A stretch of 64,000 bases of DNA from Cyanobacteriota bacterium (GTDB taxonomy: Bacteria; Cyanobacteriota; Cyanobacteriia; Cyanobacteriales; Nostocaceae). Under the pieces are notes generated by a model, which was not told the DNA's origin, did not search any database, and saw only the letters and a list, made by a program, of their open reading frames with translations. The DNA lies in NCBI GenBank assembly GCA_046045965.1, contig JBJOKS010000003.1:128001-192000 (forward strand), in the 5' to 3' direction. Within the stretch, counting starts at the first letter, position 1, and the number at the start of each line of letters is the position of its first letter. A program made the translations under genes and the position numbers. Positions 10,009 to 21,438 of the stretch are shown piece by piece.

Positions 10009-10485
10009 TCACCTGTCACCTGTCACCTGATGAGGAGAAGAACAACGGTTAAACCATTCTTGATATTTTTGCTGTTGTGATTGATTTTCTACGGAAATTG
10101 TGATTTTGACTTGCTGACAGCCATGATTTTTTTCTTGAGCGATCGCATTTAACAGTAAACTAGCAATTTTCGGAGAAATAAACTCTCCACTCACAATTAA
10201 CCCACTTTTAAAACTGGTAACTTCTGCTATTTCCTCATTTATTAATTCAATCCCAGAAATCTCTCCGTGACTTAAATCAATTTCTGCTAGTTGTTGGTGT
10301 TCTGGACTAACTTGTTCAACAATCAATTTTTCCCGTCTCACAGGAACTTGGATCATCTGAGTTTCGATTTCCTTGCGAACAATTACCTCTCCTACCTTGT
10401 GTTTGCTATTATCAACAAACAACCTTTCTTCTAAAAGAGGAATAATTGTTTCTTCTTTTGTGTCCTTAGTTTCTTCGTGGTGCAT
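10009..10485 (-). CDS. YsnF/AvaK (DUF2382) domain protein
   Basis: IIPLLEERL...[13 protein letters not shown]...[11 protein letters not shown]. Confidence 0.85.
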   Translation of the reverse strand: MHHEETKDTKEETIIPLLEERLFVDNSKHKVGEVIVRKEIETQMIQVPVRREKLIVEQVSPEHQQLAEIDLSHGEISGIELINEEIAEVTSFKSGLIVSGEFISPKIASLLLNAIAQEKNHGCQQVKITISVENQSQQQKYQEWFNRCSSPHQVTGDR

Positions 10486-10661
10486 TAAATAAAATCTATA
10501 TTATTTCAGGAGTATTATTGATTCATAATTCAAGATTCATAATTCAAATATTAATCAGGTTTGAATAGTTTAAATCTGTCCCCACACTTGAGAAAATCTG
10601 TATGAGAATTACCATTCAAAACAAAATTATGAATTATGAATTATGAATTATGAATTGTTAA

Positions 10662-11570
10662 TTATCGTTCTTCAATTGGTAGATTAGGAGCATTGACATC
10701 TAACTCTTCTCGACGCACGGTGTCTTGAGTTTCAACCGTATCTTGCTCTACGACTTTTTTGACTTTCACTTCTTCTCGAACAAAAGCTTCTTTGCGAACT
10801 TCTGGGGTTTCTTCGTGAATTTCCATGCGAGCAACTTCACCTTCACGGAAATTAGCTTCACGGGGAGAAACTGCTCTACCAGCATCTTCAGGGGTGACAC
10901 GCTCAATGACAACGTGTTCTCTTTCTACTGGTACTGCTACTCGTGCAGTTTCGGTTTCTACGTGTTTACCAACTGCGACTTCTCCTACTTTGCGACGATG
11001 TTTATTAGCAATTAACCGTTCTTGATACAGTCTCAGAGTTTGATGATCTCGCTCATTTAGTCCAAACAACTCCGGTTCATGTTCGTAGCGGTAGGTATCA
11101 GCGGTGTAAGTTGGTGTAGTTCTGGCTGTAGAGGTTGTTGCTACTCCTGTAGAATCTAGAGGTGTTGGTGATTCTACTGATCCTGTTGATTCTAAAGGTG
11201 TGGTACGGTAGTCGGGTTTACGATATACTCCGCGTACCCGTTCTTCATAGTCATAATCTCCTGCTAGACGTTCATTAAATTCTGGTAAATCTTCAGCTTG
11301 TTCTCTTGTTAACCCAATAGCATAAACGCGATCGCTATTATAGTCGATGCGGGTGCGACCAATGGGTAGTAAGACTTTTTTACCGAAAATCCAGAACCCT
11401 AAATCAACTACTAAATAGCGAAAATGTCCATCTTCATCAACTAAAGCATCATGGACTGTACCAATCTTTTCATCAGTTCTTTCTGTATATACTCCTAGCC
11501 CTTTAATATCTTTGCCTTCAAAAGTATTTCGGTAATCAGGTTCAAAATCTTCTAATTTGTAAAGCACCAT
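10662..11570 (-). CDS. PRC-barrel plus DUF2382 protein (AvaK-like)
   Basis: MVLYKLEDF start at 11570 by homology with neighbour; GHFRYLVVDLGFWIFGKKVLLPIG; LYQERLIANK...GEVAVGKHVETE. Confidence 0.9.
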   Translation of the reverse strand: MVLYKLEDFEPDYRNTFEGKDIKGLGVYTERTDEKIGTVHDALVDEDGHFRYLVVDLGFWIFGKKVLLPIGRTRIDYNSDRVYAIGLTREQAEDLPEFNERLAGDYDYEERVRGVYRKPDYRTTPLESTGSVESPTPLDSTGVATTSTARTTPTYTADTYRYEHEPELFGLNERDHQTLRLYQERLIANKHRRKVGEVAVGKHVETETARVAVPVEREHVVIERVTPEDAGRAVSPREANFREGEVARMEIHEETPEVRKEAFVREEVKVKKVVEQDTVETQDTVRREELDVNAPNLPIEER

Positions 11571-11674
11571 TATATTTTTCCTCAACCTTTCATATAATTT
11601 CTTACTTTCAACAATAGTAAGATATGCTTTTTTTTTCCTCTTTCTCACGAATGAATTGCCGGAAAATAAGATTA

Positions 11675-12514
11675 TCAAAGGTCAGAAATTTCTGCGCGAT
11701 TCTCATTTATATTTAAATCCCCAGAAGTATCAATATCTAATTCTTCCCGACGAATTGTGTCTTGTGCTTCTACAATATCTCGATCTACCACTTTTCTTAC
11801 CCGCACTTCTTCACGAACAAAGGTTTCTTTATGAATTTCTGGAGTTTCTTGATAAACATCGATGTGTGCTACTTCCCCTTCTTGAAATTTGATTTCGTTG
11901 GGATCTACCACTGTACCTATCTCTGGGGGTTGAACTCTATCAATTACAACCCGTTCTTTTTCAATAGGTACTGTCACCCGTGCAGTTTCAGTTTCAATGT
12001 GTTTACCAAGAGCTACTTCTCCGGTTTTCACACGATGTTTATTGGCTATTAAACGTTCTTCATAAAGTCTGAGAGTTTGATGATATTGCTCATTTAAACC
12101 ATATAAAGTTGGTTCTTGTTCATAGTTGTAAGTTTCCATCTCATAAGTTACAGTCCCAACGGTGGAACGGTAAATGGTGCGTACCATTTCTTCAAATTCT
12201 TGATCAACTATGATGTTTTCCTGGTACTCAGGTAACTGTTCTACTTGCTGCTTACTAAGTCCATCGACATAGACACGTCCCGCTGGATAGTTGATACGAG
12301 CTAGTCCAATAGGTAGTAAGATTTTTTTACCAACAGCATCTAAGCTGGTATTAATAACTAAATATCTAAATCTGCCATTCTCATCAACTAAAGCATCAGC
12401 AACTGCACCAACTTCTGTTCCTCCTTCGGTATAGAGGTTCAAACTTTTAATATCATCTCCTCCAAAGGTTTCTCGATAGTTTGGATCAAATTCTTCCAGT
12501 TTATAAAGAGGCAT
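11675..12514 (-). CDS. PRC-barrel plus DUF2382 protein (paralog)
   Basis: Clear tandem paralog of 10662-11570. Confidence 0.9.
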   Translation of the reverse strand: MPLYKLEEFDPNYRETFGGDDIKSLNLYTEGGTEVGAVADALVDENGRFRYLVINTSLDAVGKKILLPIGLARINYPAGRVYVDGLSKQQVEQLPEYQENIIVDQEFEEMVRTIYRSTVGTVTYEMETYNYEQEPTLYGLNEQYHQTLRLYEERLIANKHRVKTGEVALGKHIETETARVTVPIEKERVVIDRVQPPEIGTVVDPNEIKFQEGEVAHIDVYQETPEIHKETFVREEVRVRKVVDRDIVEAQDTIRREELDIDTSGDLNINENRAEISDL

Positions 12515-12740
12515 ATCCTATTTCCAAGTTGTTGAATATCTATTCACAACAGTAGAAGTAAGTTGGCTATTTTTCCTCTTGCTGATGACTGAGTTCCGGT
12601 GAGATATGCTATTGTTTATATCTCATACTTTGAGAGAAATTTTAGTAAATAGTCAGTAATGATAGTGCTGAGAGAAATATATCTAAGGATAGATTCTTCA
12701 TAAAAATATAAACTAAAAATAATTGTAGTTTTCTTGGTGT

Positions 12741-12835
12741 TAGTAGGTCGGCGTTAAAAAAATTGTCTTTAATTGTTGCTGATGCATTTCTCAGTACAAA
12801 AAATTTATAAAAAATTTATAAAAAATTTATAAAAT
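12741..12835 (+). mobile_element. degenerate MITE end with internal 11-mer tandem repeat
   Basis: TAGTAGGTCGGCGTTAAAAAAATTGTC resembles the end of the MITE at 25764; AAAAATTTATA x3 follows. Confidence 0.5.
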
Positions 12836-13105
12836 TTAACTTTCTCCTCTGCTTCAGATTAACTTTGGATGTTGGCATTTTCGCGAATGTACTTTTGTTA
12901 CACACCAGCTTAACAAACTTGTCTTTAATGCTACCGTAATGTAATATATTTGATAGTTGATGAAAAACACCTTTTTGGTGGTTTCTGCCTTAGTGATATG
13001 TCTCCTTTGTGTCCTTTGGTCTACATTTTTTCGTTATCACTGCGTCAGTTCTATTGAGTAATAAATTGCCTTGACATCTAATCTATTTTCTTTACCAGGT
13101 GAGAA

Positions 13106-13900
13106 ATGCTGTTGTTCTTAAAGCTAATTGATTATCTGTTAGCAGCAATTTTTATTAGTGCTGCCATCGTCATTTATTTCGATTCTAGTAATCAACAGTA
13201 TGTCATAGCTGGAGTTGGAGCTTTAGCTGTGGCAATTTTTTTGTTTCTTCTTAATAGAAACTCTGTTAATACTGCTAGAAAAGAAGCTCAAAAAGCTGAA
13301 CTAGCAAAAAAAGCTGAACTTTACACCTCGTTATTACAAAATAGTAATTCCTTGGATAACAATACAATTCTCCCAGCCAGAACTAAAGCTTTAGAGTATT
13401 GCCAAGATTTGATTCATGATTACAAAAGCACTAGAAATTGGGCGAGAAATCTTTATTATGTCTTGCAAATTTCCACTGTAATTTTGTCTGGTGTGACACC
13501 AATTTTAGTATTGGTAGATAAACTAGAAACTGGACAACCTTGGTTGAAGTGGCTACCAGTAATTTGTCCTGCTGTTGCTTCTATTGTGGCTAGTATTGTT
13601 ACATCTTTCCCATTTCAAAAAAATTGGGTTGCAGCTAACACAACTGTTGAACTGTTAGAAGCAGAACAAGAGAAATTTATTTTGGGAATTACACCTGCTT
13701 ATCGTTGTTATGATGTTTCTGGAGAAGCTGAACAACAACAAAGAGTAAGTCAAGCATTGGAATTATTTATTAACCAAGTTAACAACATTCACCTGCAACA
13801 AGTTCAACAAGCAACTGAACAACAACCGGAGAAAAAGAAAGAAGAAACCACCACTGAAGAATCTATTTCTGAAAAACCCAAAACGGAACAACCTGCTTAA
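13106..13900 (+). CDS. DUF4231 (SLATT-like) membrane protein
   Basis: Two N-terminal TMs, then YYVLQISTVILSGVTPIL / PAVASIVASI hairpin and NW...ELLEAEQEKF. Confidence 0.75.
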   Translation: MLLFLKLIDYLLAAIFISAAIVIYFDSSNQQYVIAGVGALAVAIFLFLLNRNSVNTARKEAQKAELAKKAELYTSLLQNSNSLDNNTILPARTKALEYCQDLIHDYKSTRNWARNLYYVLQISTVILSGVTPILVLVDKLETGQPWLKWLPVICPAVASIVASIVTSFPFQKNWVAANTTVELLEAEQEKFILGITPAYRCYDVSGEAEQQQRVSQALELFINQVNNIHLQQVQQATEQQPEKKKEETTTEESISEKPKTEQPA

Positions 13901-13960
13901 AATATTGCCAAAAATAATTTATTTAATCTTGTGGTGCGGGCATTTTGCCCGCTTTTTAAA

Positions 13961-16939
13961 TTAATTATTGGTAGATCCTGTTTCCGCCATTCTAAAAATC
14001 ATTTCTTCCAATGTTCTCAACAAATCTTGTTCATTATAAGGTTTAGAAAAATAAGCTCTAGCTCCTAGTTGCATTGCTAGTTGACGATGTTTATTACTAC
14101 TACGAGAAGTCAACATAGCCACAGGAATACTTTTTAAGTCATCATGAGATTTAACTAGTTCTAAAAAGCTATAACCATCAAGACGCGGCATTTCAATATC
14201 ACAAATTACAGCTTGCACTTTTAACCCACTTTCTAACTTTTCCCACGCATCTTGTCCATCTTTAGCTTGTTCAACTTGATACCCTCCTTTTTCCAGAGTT
14301 AGAGCTAAATAACGGCGGACATTAATTGAGTCATCAACAATCAAAATCATACCTTTTTGATGAGTAGGTCTAGCTATGGGTTTAGGCTTTTGTGGTTTGA
14401 GAAAAGCTGTTTTTAATTTAGTTGTCGGTAATTTATTAGTTTTATGAGGACCTTGATTATTTGTTACCCAAGATACTAATTCATTGGTATTTACTAATGG
14501 AACTACCCGACCATCACCCAGCATTGTACAGTTACTAAAACCATCCGGTAAAGGTATATTTCCTTCAACTTGACGAATTGCTACTTCTTGCTCACCCCAG
14601 CAACGGTCTATTTGTACAGCTATTGGTTGATGATCATTTTTGATTATTAGCACACTACTGGCGTTAATTCCCGTCGCACTTTCTATCTCTAAATGATGGT
14701 AGTGAGAACAATTAAAGTCAAAGTAATTACCCAAACGCATTAAAGGTAGCATGGTATCTTGCCATTTGAGAAATTCTCCACCATCCATTGAAAAAACCTG
14801 ATCATTGTCTAGTAAAAAGATTTCCGCAACTGCATCTGTAGGAAATGCTAAAACCATGCGGTGATGTGGACTACTGGCAGTATCGCTTTCTACTAATAAA
14901 ACTCGCGCTACAGATAGTGTAAATGGGACTGATAAAGTAAAAGTTGTGCCAATTCCTGCCTGTGTATCAACTGTCACGTCACCCCGCACTAATTGTAGAT
15001 TATTACGAACTACATCCATTCCTACACCACGACCAGATAAAGCTGTAACTTGATCAGAAGTGGTAAAACCTGGTTCAAAAATCAGTGATAATAGTTCATC
15101 TTCACTAGCATTAGCTATTAATGCTGTATCCAAACCCATAGCTACAGCGCGGTGGCGAATTTTTTCTAGAGAAATACCTCGACCATCATCACTGATGCTA
15201 ATGATAGTGCGATCGCTGCGATGATATCCTTTAATTTCAATCAATCCTTGTTCGGGTTTTCCTAAAGCATAACGGGTAGCTGGATCTTCAATTCCATGAT
15301 CAAAAGCATTACGTAATAAGTGCATTAAAGGTTCATTCAAAGCCTCTAAAATACTGCGTTCAATTAAGGTTTTAGCACCTTCAATTTTTAACTGCACATT
15401 TTTGCCATACTCAACATTTAAATCCCGTATTGCTCTAGGAAAACGCTCGACTAAATCCGATAAAGGACGCATTCTCACTTGCGTTAATTTTCTTTGTACT
15501 TGCTTAGATGTTTTATTCAGTTTTCGCGCAATTTGATCTGTATCATCAACACTAAGTTGAATATCACTGGCTACTTCTGCTACCTGAACAATAGTTTCCA
15601 TCACATCCTGAGATAGCAGGTTTAATTTTTGATAACGCTCTAAACGATCTATTTCTAAACCATTCACCCCAGATTCTCTGACTATTTCTGCTGATGTTGA
15701 GACTCCAGAAGACACAGGTTGATTAATAATTTTTTCATATACAGAACGCACTTCTTGATTTTCTTGATGCAGAGTTTGTACTCTTTGGCTAAGTCCTAAA
15801 ACCAGTTTGCGTAATCTTTCTAATTGGGAATTTAAACCATTGCGCTGAATGATGATTTCCCCAAATAAATCATTAATTTCTTCTAGTTGCTTACTGGGAA
15901 CTCTAACTGTATTTTCATGAATTTCTTTATCTTTAGCAACGCCAACAATTTCGCTTTTGCGTTCAATATGTTTATAATCTAGCGGAGAATTTTCCTGAGT
16001 AAAGGCTATATTGGGATCAGGAAACTCAACAGCATTAATCTCTGGTGGTAATTCTATTTCTAGAGATTCAAAATCAGGAACTAGCGCCTCTGTCACCACA
16101 TTATTTTCCTGATTTGTTGCTGTAGTGTTAGTATTAACTTGCTGCGGAGTATGACTAACAACTACTTCACCTAATTCAATTTTTGCTGGTAATCTATCTC
16201 GTTGATTTGTTAACACTAAAGCTTGCGATCGCCTCCAAGCCGCCAATGCTAACTGAGAAATTTCTACACAGCGATCAGACTGAGTTTCTAAATGCTGACG
16301 AACAGAATCACAAAGCTGAGTAAAAGCAGGTAACTGAAGCATTTCTCCCAACCCACCCAACTCCGCAGCCATCACCCCCACTTCTGAATATAAATCATTT
16401 GCAGAACTATTTGCTAATAAAGATTCTAAATTCTGCAAACATTCTTCTACTTCGGTTTCAAACAGCAAAGGAATAATTTCTTGCCCATCTTCTGGGGATA
16501 GCATTGTAGTAATATCCTCTGGAGAAGGATCACCCAAACGCTCATGCAGTTCATCAAAAATCGGATAACAAAAAGTTCTTAACCATTTATCATCTAGAGA
16601 TTTTCTCTCTGATAATAAATCTACAATTTGCCTCAGCCAGTCCACTCCAGATAACAATAAACTCTGTAAATGAGTATCAATTTCTAGAGACTTTTTCCGA
16701 GTTTTTAAAACCTTAAAAGAATCTTCTAAACGATGAGCCAAATTACTCAATACTTTAAAACCCATCATCGCCGCACCACCTTTAATTGAATGGGCGGCTC
16801 GCATAGCAGCATTAATTTTGTCTAAATCGATATATTTACTAGTATCTATTTCCAGCAAGATACTTTCTAAGGTATTCAAATAATCAGTTGCTTCTTCCAG
16901 AAACTGCATCTGAATTTCCAATTCTTTATGATTTGTCAT
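13961..16939 (-). CDS. CheA-like hybrid histidine kinase (Hpt-HATPase-CheW-REC), PixL-like
   Basis: RAAHSIKGGA, HLLRNAFDHGIE, SGRGVGMDVV, C-terminal receiver CDIEMPRLDG. Confidence 0.95.
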   Translation of the reverse strand: MTNHKELEIQMQFLEEATDYLNTLESILLEIDTSKYIDLDKINAAMRAAHSIKGGAAMMGFKVLSNLAHRLEDSFKVLKTRKKSLEIDTHLQSLLLSGVDWLRQIVDLLSERKSLDDKWLRTFCYPIFDELHERLGDPSPEDITTMLSPEDGQEIIPLLFETEVEECLQNLESLLANSSANDLYSEVGVMAAELGGLGEMLQLPAFTQLCDSVRQHLETQSDRCVEISQLALAAWRRSQALVLTNQRDRLPAKIELGEVVVSHTPQQVNTNTTATNQENNVVTEALVPDFESLEIELPPEINAVEFPDPNIAFTQENSPLDYKHIERKSEIVGVAKDKEIHENTVRVPSKQLEEINDLFGEIIIQRNGLNSQLERLRKLVLGLSQRVQTLHQENQEVRSVYEKIINQPVSSGVSTSAEIVRESGVNGLEIDRLERYQKLNLLSQDVMETIVQVAEVASDIQLSVDDTDQIARKLNKTSKQVQRKLTQVRMRPLSDLVERFPRAIRDLNVEYGKNVQLKIEGAKTLIERSILEALNEPLMHLLRNAFDHGIEDPATRYALGKPEQGLIEIKGYHRSDRTIISISDDGRGISLEKIRHRAVAMGLDTALIANASEDELLSLIFEPGFTTSDQVTALSGRGVGMDVVRNNLQLVRGDVTVDTQAGIGTTFTLSVPFTLSVARVLLVESDTASSPHHRMVLAFPTDAVAEIFLLDNDQVFSMDGGEFLKWQDTMLPLMRLGNYFDFNCSHYHHLEIESATGINASSVLIIKNDHQPIAVQIDRCWGEQEVAIRQVEGNIPLPDGFSNCTMLGDGRVVPLVNTNELVSWVTNNQGPHKTNKLPTTKLKTAFLKPQKPKPIARPTHQKGMILIVDDSINVRRYLALTLEKGGYQVEQAKDGQDAWEKLESGLKVQAVICDIEMPRLDGYSFLELVKSHDDLKSIPVAMLTSRSSNKHRQLAMQLGARAYFSKPYNEQDLLRTLEEMIFRMAETGSTNN

Positions 16940-16996
16940 AAATTATTATTCCTTAGTCATTATTTATTAATTACCAGCCAAGAAAAAACAACTTAA

Positions 16997-19246
16997 TCAA
17001 TTGACTTTAAAAGTCTCAACTTTATTTTCTAAATGCTGAAAAATTTCCGCCGTTTTTTGCAAAGATGCAGAAATTTGCTGAGAATAATCGCTATTCTTTT
17101 CGGAAATATCGGCGATATTTTTCATCAATTGGCTGACAACTTGTGATGTTTCTAGCTGAGAAACAGAAGCCGTAGAAAGTGACTTCACAAAAGTATCTAT
17201 CTGCTGAGAAATATCTACAATTTCACTTAAACTCTGCTTGGCATCTGCGGCGATTTGCGTACTCTCAATTACCTGATTTGTACCCACCTCCATTGCTTTC
17301 ACGACTTCAGTTGTATCTCGTTTAATTTTCTCGACAATTTGCTCAATTTCTTGAGTAGCAGCAGCACTTCGCGTCGCTAACTCCCCTACCTCTTCAGCGA
17401 CAACAGCAAAACCTTGACCTTCTTCTCCTGCACGTGCAGCTTCAATCCCTGCATTAATCGCTAACAAATTAGTTTGCATAGCAATTTGATTAATCAAGGA
17501 TACCACGCGAGAAATTTGTTGAGAAGATTCTCCCAAATGCCTAACTTTCTTAGCAGTTTCACCCACAGTTTCTTGCAAAGATAAAATATTTTCTACTGAC
17601 AAATCCATTGCTTTTCCACTCTTGTTAGCATTATGGTTAGCATGATTAGCAAGAACAGCAATTTCTTGAGCGCCATCCGCTAAAGCTTGCATAGAATTTG
17701 TCATTTGTTCAACTGTTTCTAAGGTGCGGTTGATTTCCTCAGCTTGGGTAATTGCTGCCTCTGCTAATTGGTTGATAGCATCTTGATTTGAGCTAATATC
17801 TCTATTAATTTGACCAGCATTCTGTTTGACTTGAGTAACAATATCCCGGAGGCTGGCTAAAATCGCATTGAACAAATTAGCAATAGTACCAATTTCCCCA
17901 TCTTTAACTTCAGCCTGTACTGTCAAATCACCTTTAGCCGCATTTTCTACCTGACTAATTAACTGCAAAAGTTGCAAATGCAGGGTGTCTTTTTGTGGGT
18001 ATTCCTGCTCAGATATAGATTCTTTAGCAGCCTGAAAATTAAGTTCCCCATCAGCAGGTAATTCTTCATCTTGCTGTTTAACCAGAGGAATCTCAATTTC
18101 ATCCTCAGCCAGTATTTCTAAACTCTCAGATGCAGAGTTATTTTGCTTTATTATACTCTTAGCTAACCCAGCTGCAAGCAATGTCATTAATAATGCTATT
18201 AGTGCTGTGATATTAGCAATCAGTTTCATAAATTGTCTTTGCGGAGCCAAAGCAATTGCACTATCTTTAGCCAGAATTAATTGCCAATTCAATTCGGGTA
18301 AACCTTCTAATTTTCTCAATGGTGCATAACTAAGCAGTTGAGGCGTTTGATAGATTGTCTGCACTTCTGTAAAATTATCAGAATTTTCTCGGTTCAGCAA
18401 GTTAGCTAACCCTGGATATATTACTGTAGCTGATTGACCTAATAAATCCTTCTGGAGACTGAGGAAAAACTTACCATTAGTATCAACTAAATAATAATCA
18501 TCGTTATTATCGACGTAATTTTTGAGAGTCTCTATTAACAGTTGTATGGATACACGTGTTCGCACTACAGCAGTAATTTTTCCGGTGGCTATATCTTTCA
18601 CAGGTGCAGCAATATAAATCACTACTGCGTTATTTTTTAAAGTTTCTGGTTGACTAATAACAGCAGTCTTATTTCGTAGAACCTCTTGAAAATATTTCAG
18701 GTTTTGTTCCTGACTACTAATTCCACCTTGAGATTGAATAATCACTTTTCCATTGAGGTCAAAAACCGCCAGATGATCATAGCCTTGATAAGCTGTAATG
18801 AAGCGGTTTAGCACAGCTTGTTTTTCAGCAATAGTTGTACTTTTACTAACTTCAGTATTGGTCAAAAATGGCAGAGTTGAGAGAATTTGAATATCTCCAT
18901 ATCTTGCCAACATAAATCGGTTAATAATATCACCTAAGCTAATGGCTTGATTTTCTTGAGTTCTGATAATTTGTTTAGTGATATATTTATTACCAAAACT
19001 ATAGGCCATCATGCCAATTCCCAATACTGGCAATGTACCGATAACAATGGAAAAAATTACTGCTTTTGTACTTAATTTCAGTTGTCGTAAATATCTAATT
19101 ACATTCTTACCAGGATAATTATTAGCTGTTTTTATATGAGACTGTCCAATAATTTCCATTTTCTTATCATTAATGGGCGATGATGCCACCATAGATGCTT
19201 TGTTGTTGGCATCACCAGTATGAGCAGTATCAGTTTTATTAATCAT
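16997..19246 (-). CDS. methyl-accepting chemotaxis protein (TM-Cache-TM-HAMP-MCP), no GAF domains seen
   Basis: [30 protein letters not shown] signature; periplasmic Cache-like region. Confidence 0.95.
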   Translation of the reverse strand: MINKTDTAHTGDANNKASMVASSPINDKKMEIIGQSHIKTANNYPGKNVIRYLRQLKLSTKAVIFSIVIGTLPVLGIGMMAYSFGNKYITKQIIRTQENQAISLGDIINRFMLARYGDIQILSTLPFLTNTEVSKSTTIAEKQAVLNRFITAYQGYDHLAVFDLNGKVIIQSQGGISSQEQNLKYFQEVLRNKTAVISQPETLKNNAVVIYIAAPVKDIATGKITAVVRTRVSIQLLIETLKNYVDNNDDYYLVDTNGKFFLSLQKDLLGQSATVIYPGLANLLNRENSDNFTEVQTIYQTPQLLSYAPLRKLEGLPELNWQLILAKDSAIALAPQRQFMKLIANITALIALLMTLLAAGLAKSIIKQNNSASESLEILAEDEIEIPLVKQQDEELPADGELNFQAAKESISEQEYPQKDTLHLQLLQLISQVENAAKGDLTVQAEVKDGEIGTIANLFNAILASLRDIVTQVKQNAGQINRDISSNQDAINQLAEAAITQAEEINRTLETVEQMTNSMQALADGAQEIAVLANHANHNANKSGKAMDLSVENILSLQETVGETAKKVRHLGESSQQISRVVSLINQIAMQTNLLAINAGIEAARAGEEGQGFAVVAEEVGELATRSAAATQEIEQIVEKIKRDTTEVVKAMEVGTNQVIESTQIAADAKQSLSEIVDISQQIDTFVKSLSTASVSQLETSQVVSQLMKNIADISEKNSDYSQQISASLQKTAEIFQHLENKVETFKVN

Positions 19247-19310
19247 AAATGAAGACCCCTGAATCTCTGTAATAATAACAGGAAAAACTGATTTTTCTGA
19301 GCTTGATTAA

Positions 19311-19808
19311 CTAATCGCTGCCCGAATTAGAATAATTTACAATATTATGTGCATCTAAAACCAGTAATATTTCTTCTTTTTCCTCTACGCAGCCACATAA
19401 ATAAGGTACTAAACTCGTAGCTACTTGTCCTACAGGAGAATGAATATCATCAGCCATCAATTTAGTCGTACCTTTTATTTCTTGCACAACTAAACCTAAA
19501 AGCTTGGACTCTACTTTGACCACGATAATATTATACTGTCTCAGAGGATGCTCTAATCCTTCTAAATTAAACATTTTTGGCATATCAATTACCCAAATAA
19601 CTCGACTACGCCAATTCATCAATCCTAATATACAAGCAGGCATATTAGGCATAGATGTGATAGATTCAACAGGTACAATAATCGCTTCTTGGGTGTGGGT
19701 AATTGATAAGACAGCAGTAGTTTGTTGATTGATTTGAAACTGAAGATAGCTATCTCCCAGGGAATTTTCTTGGGATTGATAATACAGTGTTAATTGAGAT
19801 TTTGTCAT
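19311..19808 (-). CDS. CheW-like adaptor
   Basis: MPNMPACILGLMNWRSRVIWVIDM. Confidence 0.92.
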   Translation of the reverse strand: MTKSQLTLYYQSQENSLGDSYLQFQINQQTTAVLSITHTQEAIIVPVESITSMPNMPACILGLMNWRSRVIWVIDMPKMFNLEGLEHPLRQYNIIVVKVESKLLGLVVQEIKGTTKLMADDIHSPVGQVATSLVPYLCGCVEEKEEILLVLDAHNIVNYSNSGSD

Positions 19809-19937
19809 TGATTTAATTCAAATGCTTAAAAATTTAGGGTAAGGTTGCTTAGGGTAATTTTGTAAGGATATATAATCGCGAATTCTGAATTCTAACTTCT
19901 TCCCATACCTCTGTTTTTATTGCTGACAATTATTAAA

Positions 19938-20975
19938 TTAGCCAATGTATCTAGACACCATTCTCAGCAAATCTGCTCTTGTAAAAGGTTTGGTCAAATA
20001 GCCAGATGCCCTGACAATTTTAGCCTTTGCCTTATCTATAAATCCTGTTCTACCAGTCACCATAATAATGGGGGTATTTTTAAATGATGAATGCCTCCGC
20101 AATAATGAACATAGTTCATAACCATCTAAGTTTGGCATTTCTACATCTAACAAAATCAAGTCAGGTTTGCTTCTAATAATTTGCATTAAAGCTTTAACTG
20201 GATCATTAATCATGACAACTGCAAATGTTTTTTCATCTAGAAAATGTCTAATAGAATTCAACACAGCTTGACTATCATCAATACAAGCAATTGTATATAA
20301 TTCTTCCTTCAAGCTAGATGGTAAATGTTGGGTAAACTTCTTTTCAACCACAGCAAGTTTGGCTGAGTTATCTTCTATTTGTTGTTCAGATGTTATCTGA
20401 GTTTGAGACTGGCGATTAGAGAATGTTTTTGATTGAATATTTTGCCGATAACGTAACTGTTTTTGACAATGTTCTACTATTAATTGCAAATCTAAATTAC
20501 AGAATTTGGGTAATTCATTTAAGGAATTATCAGAATTTAGTTTATAATTACCTTCTTTTAAACAAAGAAATGACTCCAGGACTTCTTTGGCCAATTCTTC
20601 TATCAATGTTCCCGCTTGTTCCTGGGTAATATAGTTTTGATTAACTAGCCAGCAAATAGCATGATAATCAGCATTTGGTATCAACTGACTGTGATTGTCG
20701 GTTTTCGACATCAACCCCATCTGTTCATAAGTAGTATTATTGAAAGTGGGAAGTTCCTGATTCAAGCGTTGTAAGTGACTTTCCAGACGTTCAAATACTT
20801 TATCCGAATAAGTAGCGTAAGTTAGTTTACCTTCTTCTAGATAAATTGACCAAGAAACCATATCAATAAATACGCTTAAACACCCTGTTACTTTCCTGGT
20901 GCTTAACTGTGCTAACAGAGACAATGGATGTAGTTTGTGAAACAACCTGTAGCTACCTAGAGGAGTTGTCATCAT
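19938..20975 (-). CDS. PatA-family response regulator (PATAN plus REC)
   Basis: N-terminal TGCLSV...WSIYLEEGKL; C-terminal IACIDDS...LLDVEMPNLDGYELC. Confidence 0.92.
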   Translation of the reverse strand: MMTTPLGSYRLFHKLHPLSLLAQLSTRKVTGCLSVFIDMVSWSIYLEEGKLTYATYSDKVFERLESHLQRLNQELPTFNNTTYEQMGLMSKTDNHSQLIPNADYHAICWLVNQNYITQEQAGTLIEELAKEVLESFLCLKEGNYKLNSDNSLNELPKFCNLDLQLIVEHCQKQLRYRQNIQSKTFSNRQSQTQITSEQQIEDNSAKLAVVEKKFTQHLPSSLKEELYTIACIDDSQAVLNSIRHFLDEKTFAVVMINDPVKALMQIIRSKPDLILLDVEMPNLDGYELCSLLRRHSSFKNTPIIMVTGRTGFIDKAKAKIVRASGYLTKPFTRADLLRMVSRYIG

Positions 20976-21438
20976 TTTGCTTTTACTTCAGCTAAATTAG
21001 AGACTTGTGATTTGAATTTGCATAGCAGATACATCACAATTAAAATCAAGTATAAAACATCAAATTTTTTGTCATCTTAACTACAAGGTCTGATGTTTTA
21101 TTTGGTGTTAATAATCAACAATAACAGCGTTAATTGCAGATTATCAAATCTGAGTCAATTTGTAGGTTTTCAATAACTTACTGACTGATACTGCGATTAT
21201 CGGATATTTTTGCTGAATCACGTCAAAAATGTCAACAAGAAATTATATTCTGTGTGTTTAAATACTAAAAATTACCGTAGGTTGCTTTGGATGTCGCTTT
21301 TCACGGTATGTTAAGTGTATAAGATATATTTATACAGCTTTGCTTGATGCTTATATATAATTAAGCTTATATATTATTATAAATGTGCTATTCCGATAAT
21401 TCCCAGAGCAGAAAATATCATAAATATTTATTTGTAAA

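Noticed and set aside
9813..10019. 68-aa ORF with LLPPAFC repeats
   Set aside because: Translation of STRR tracts; the same applies to ORFs at 23821, 42711, 61003, 62847 and the ndhE extension
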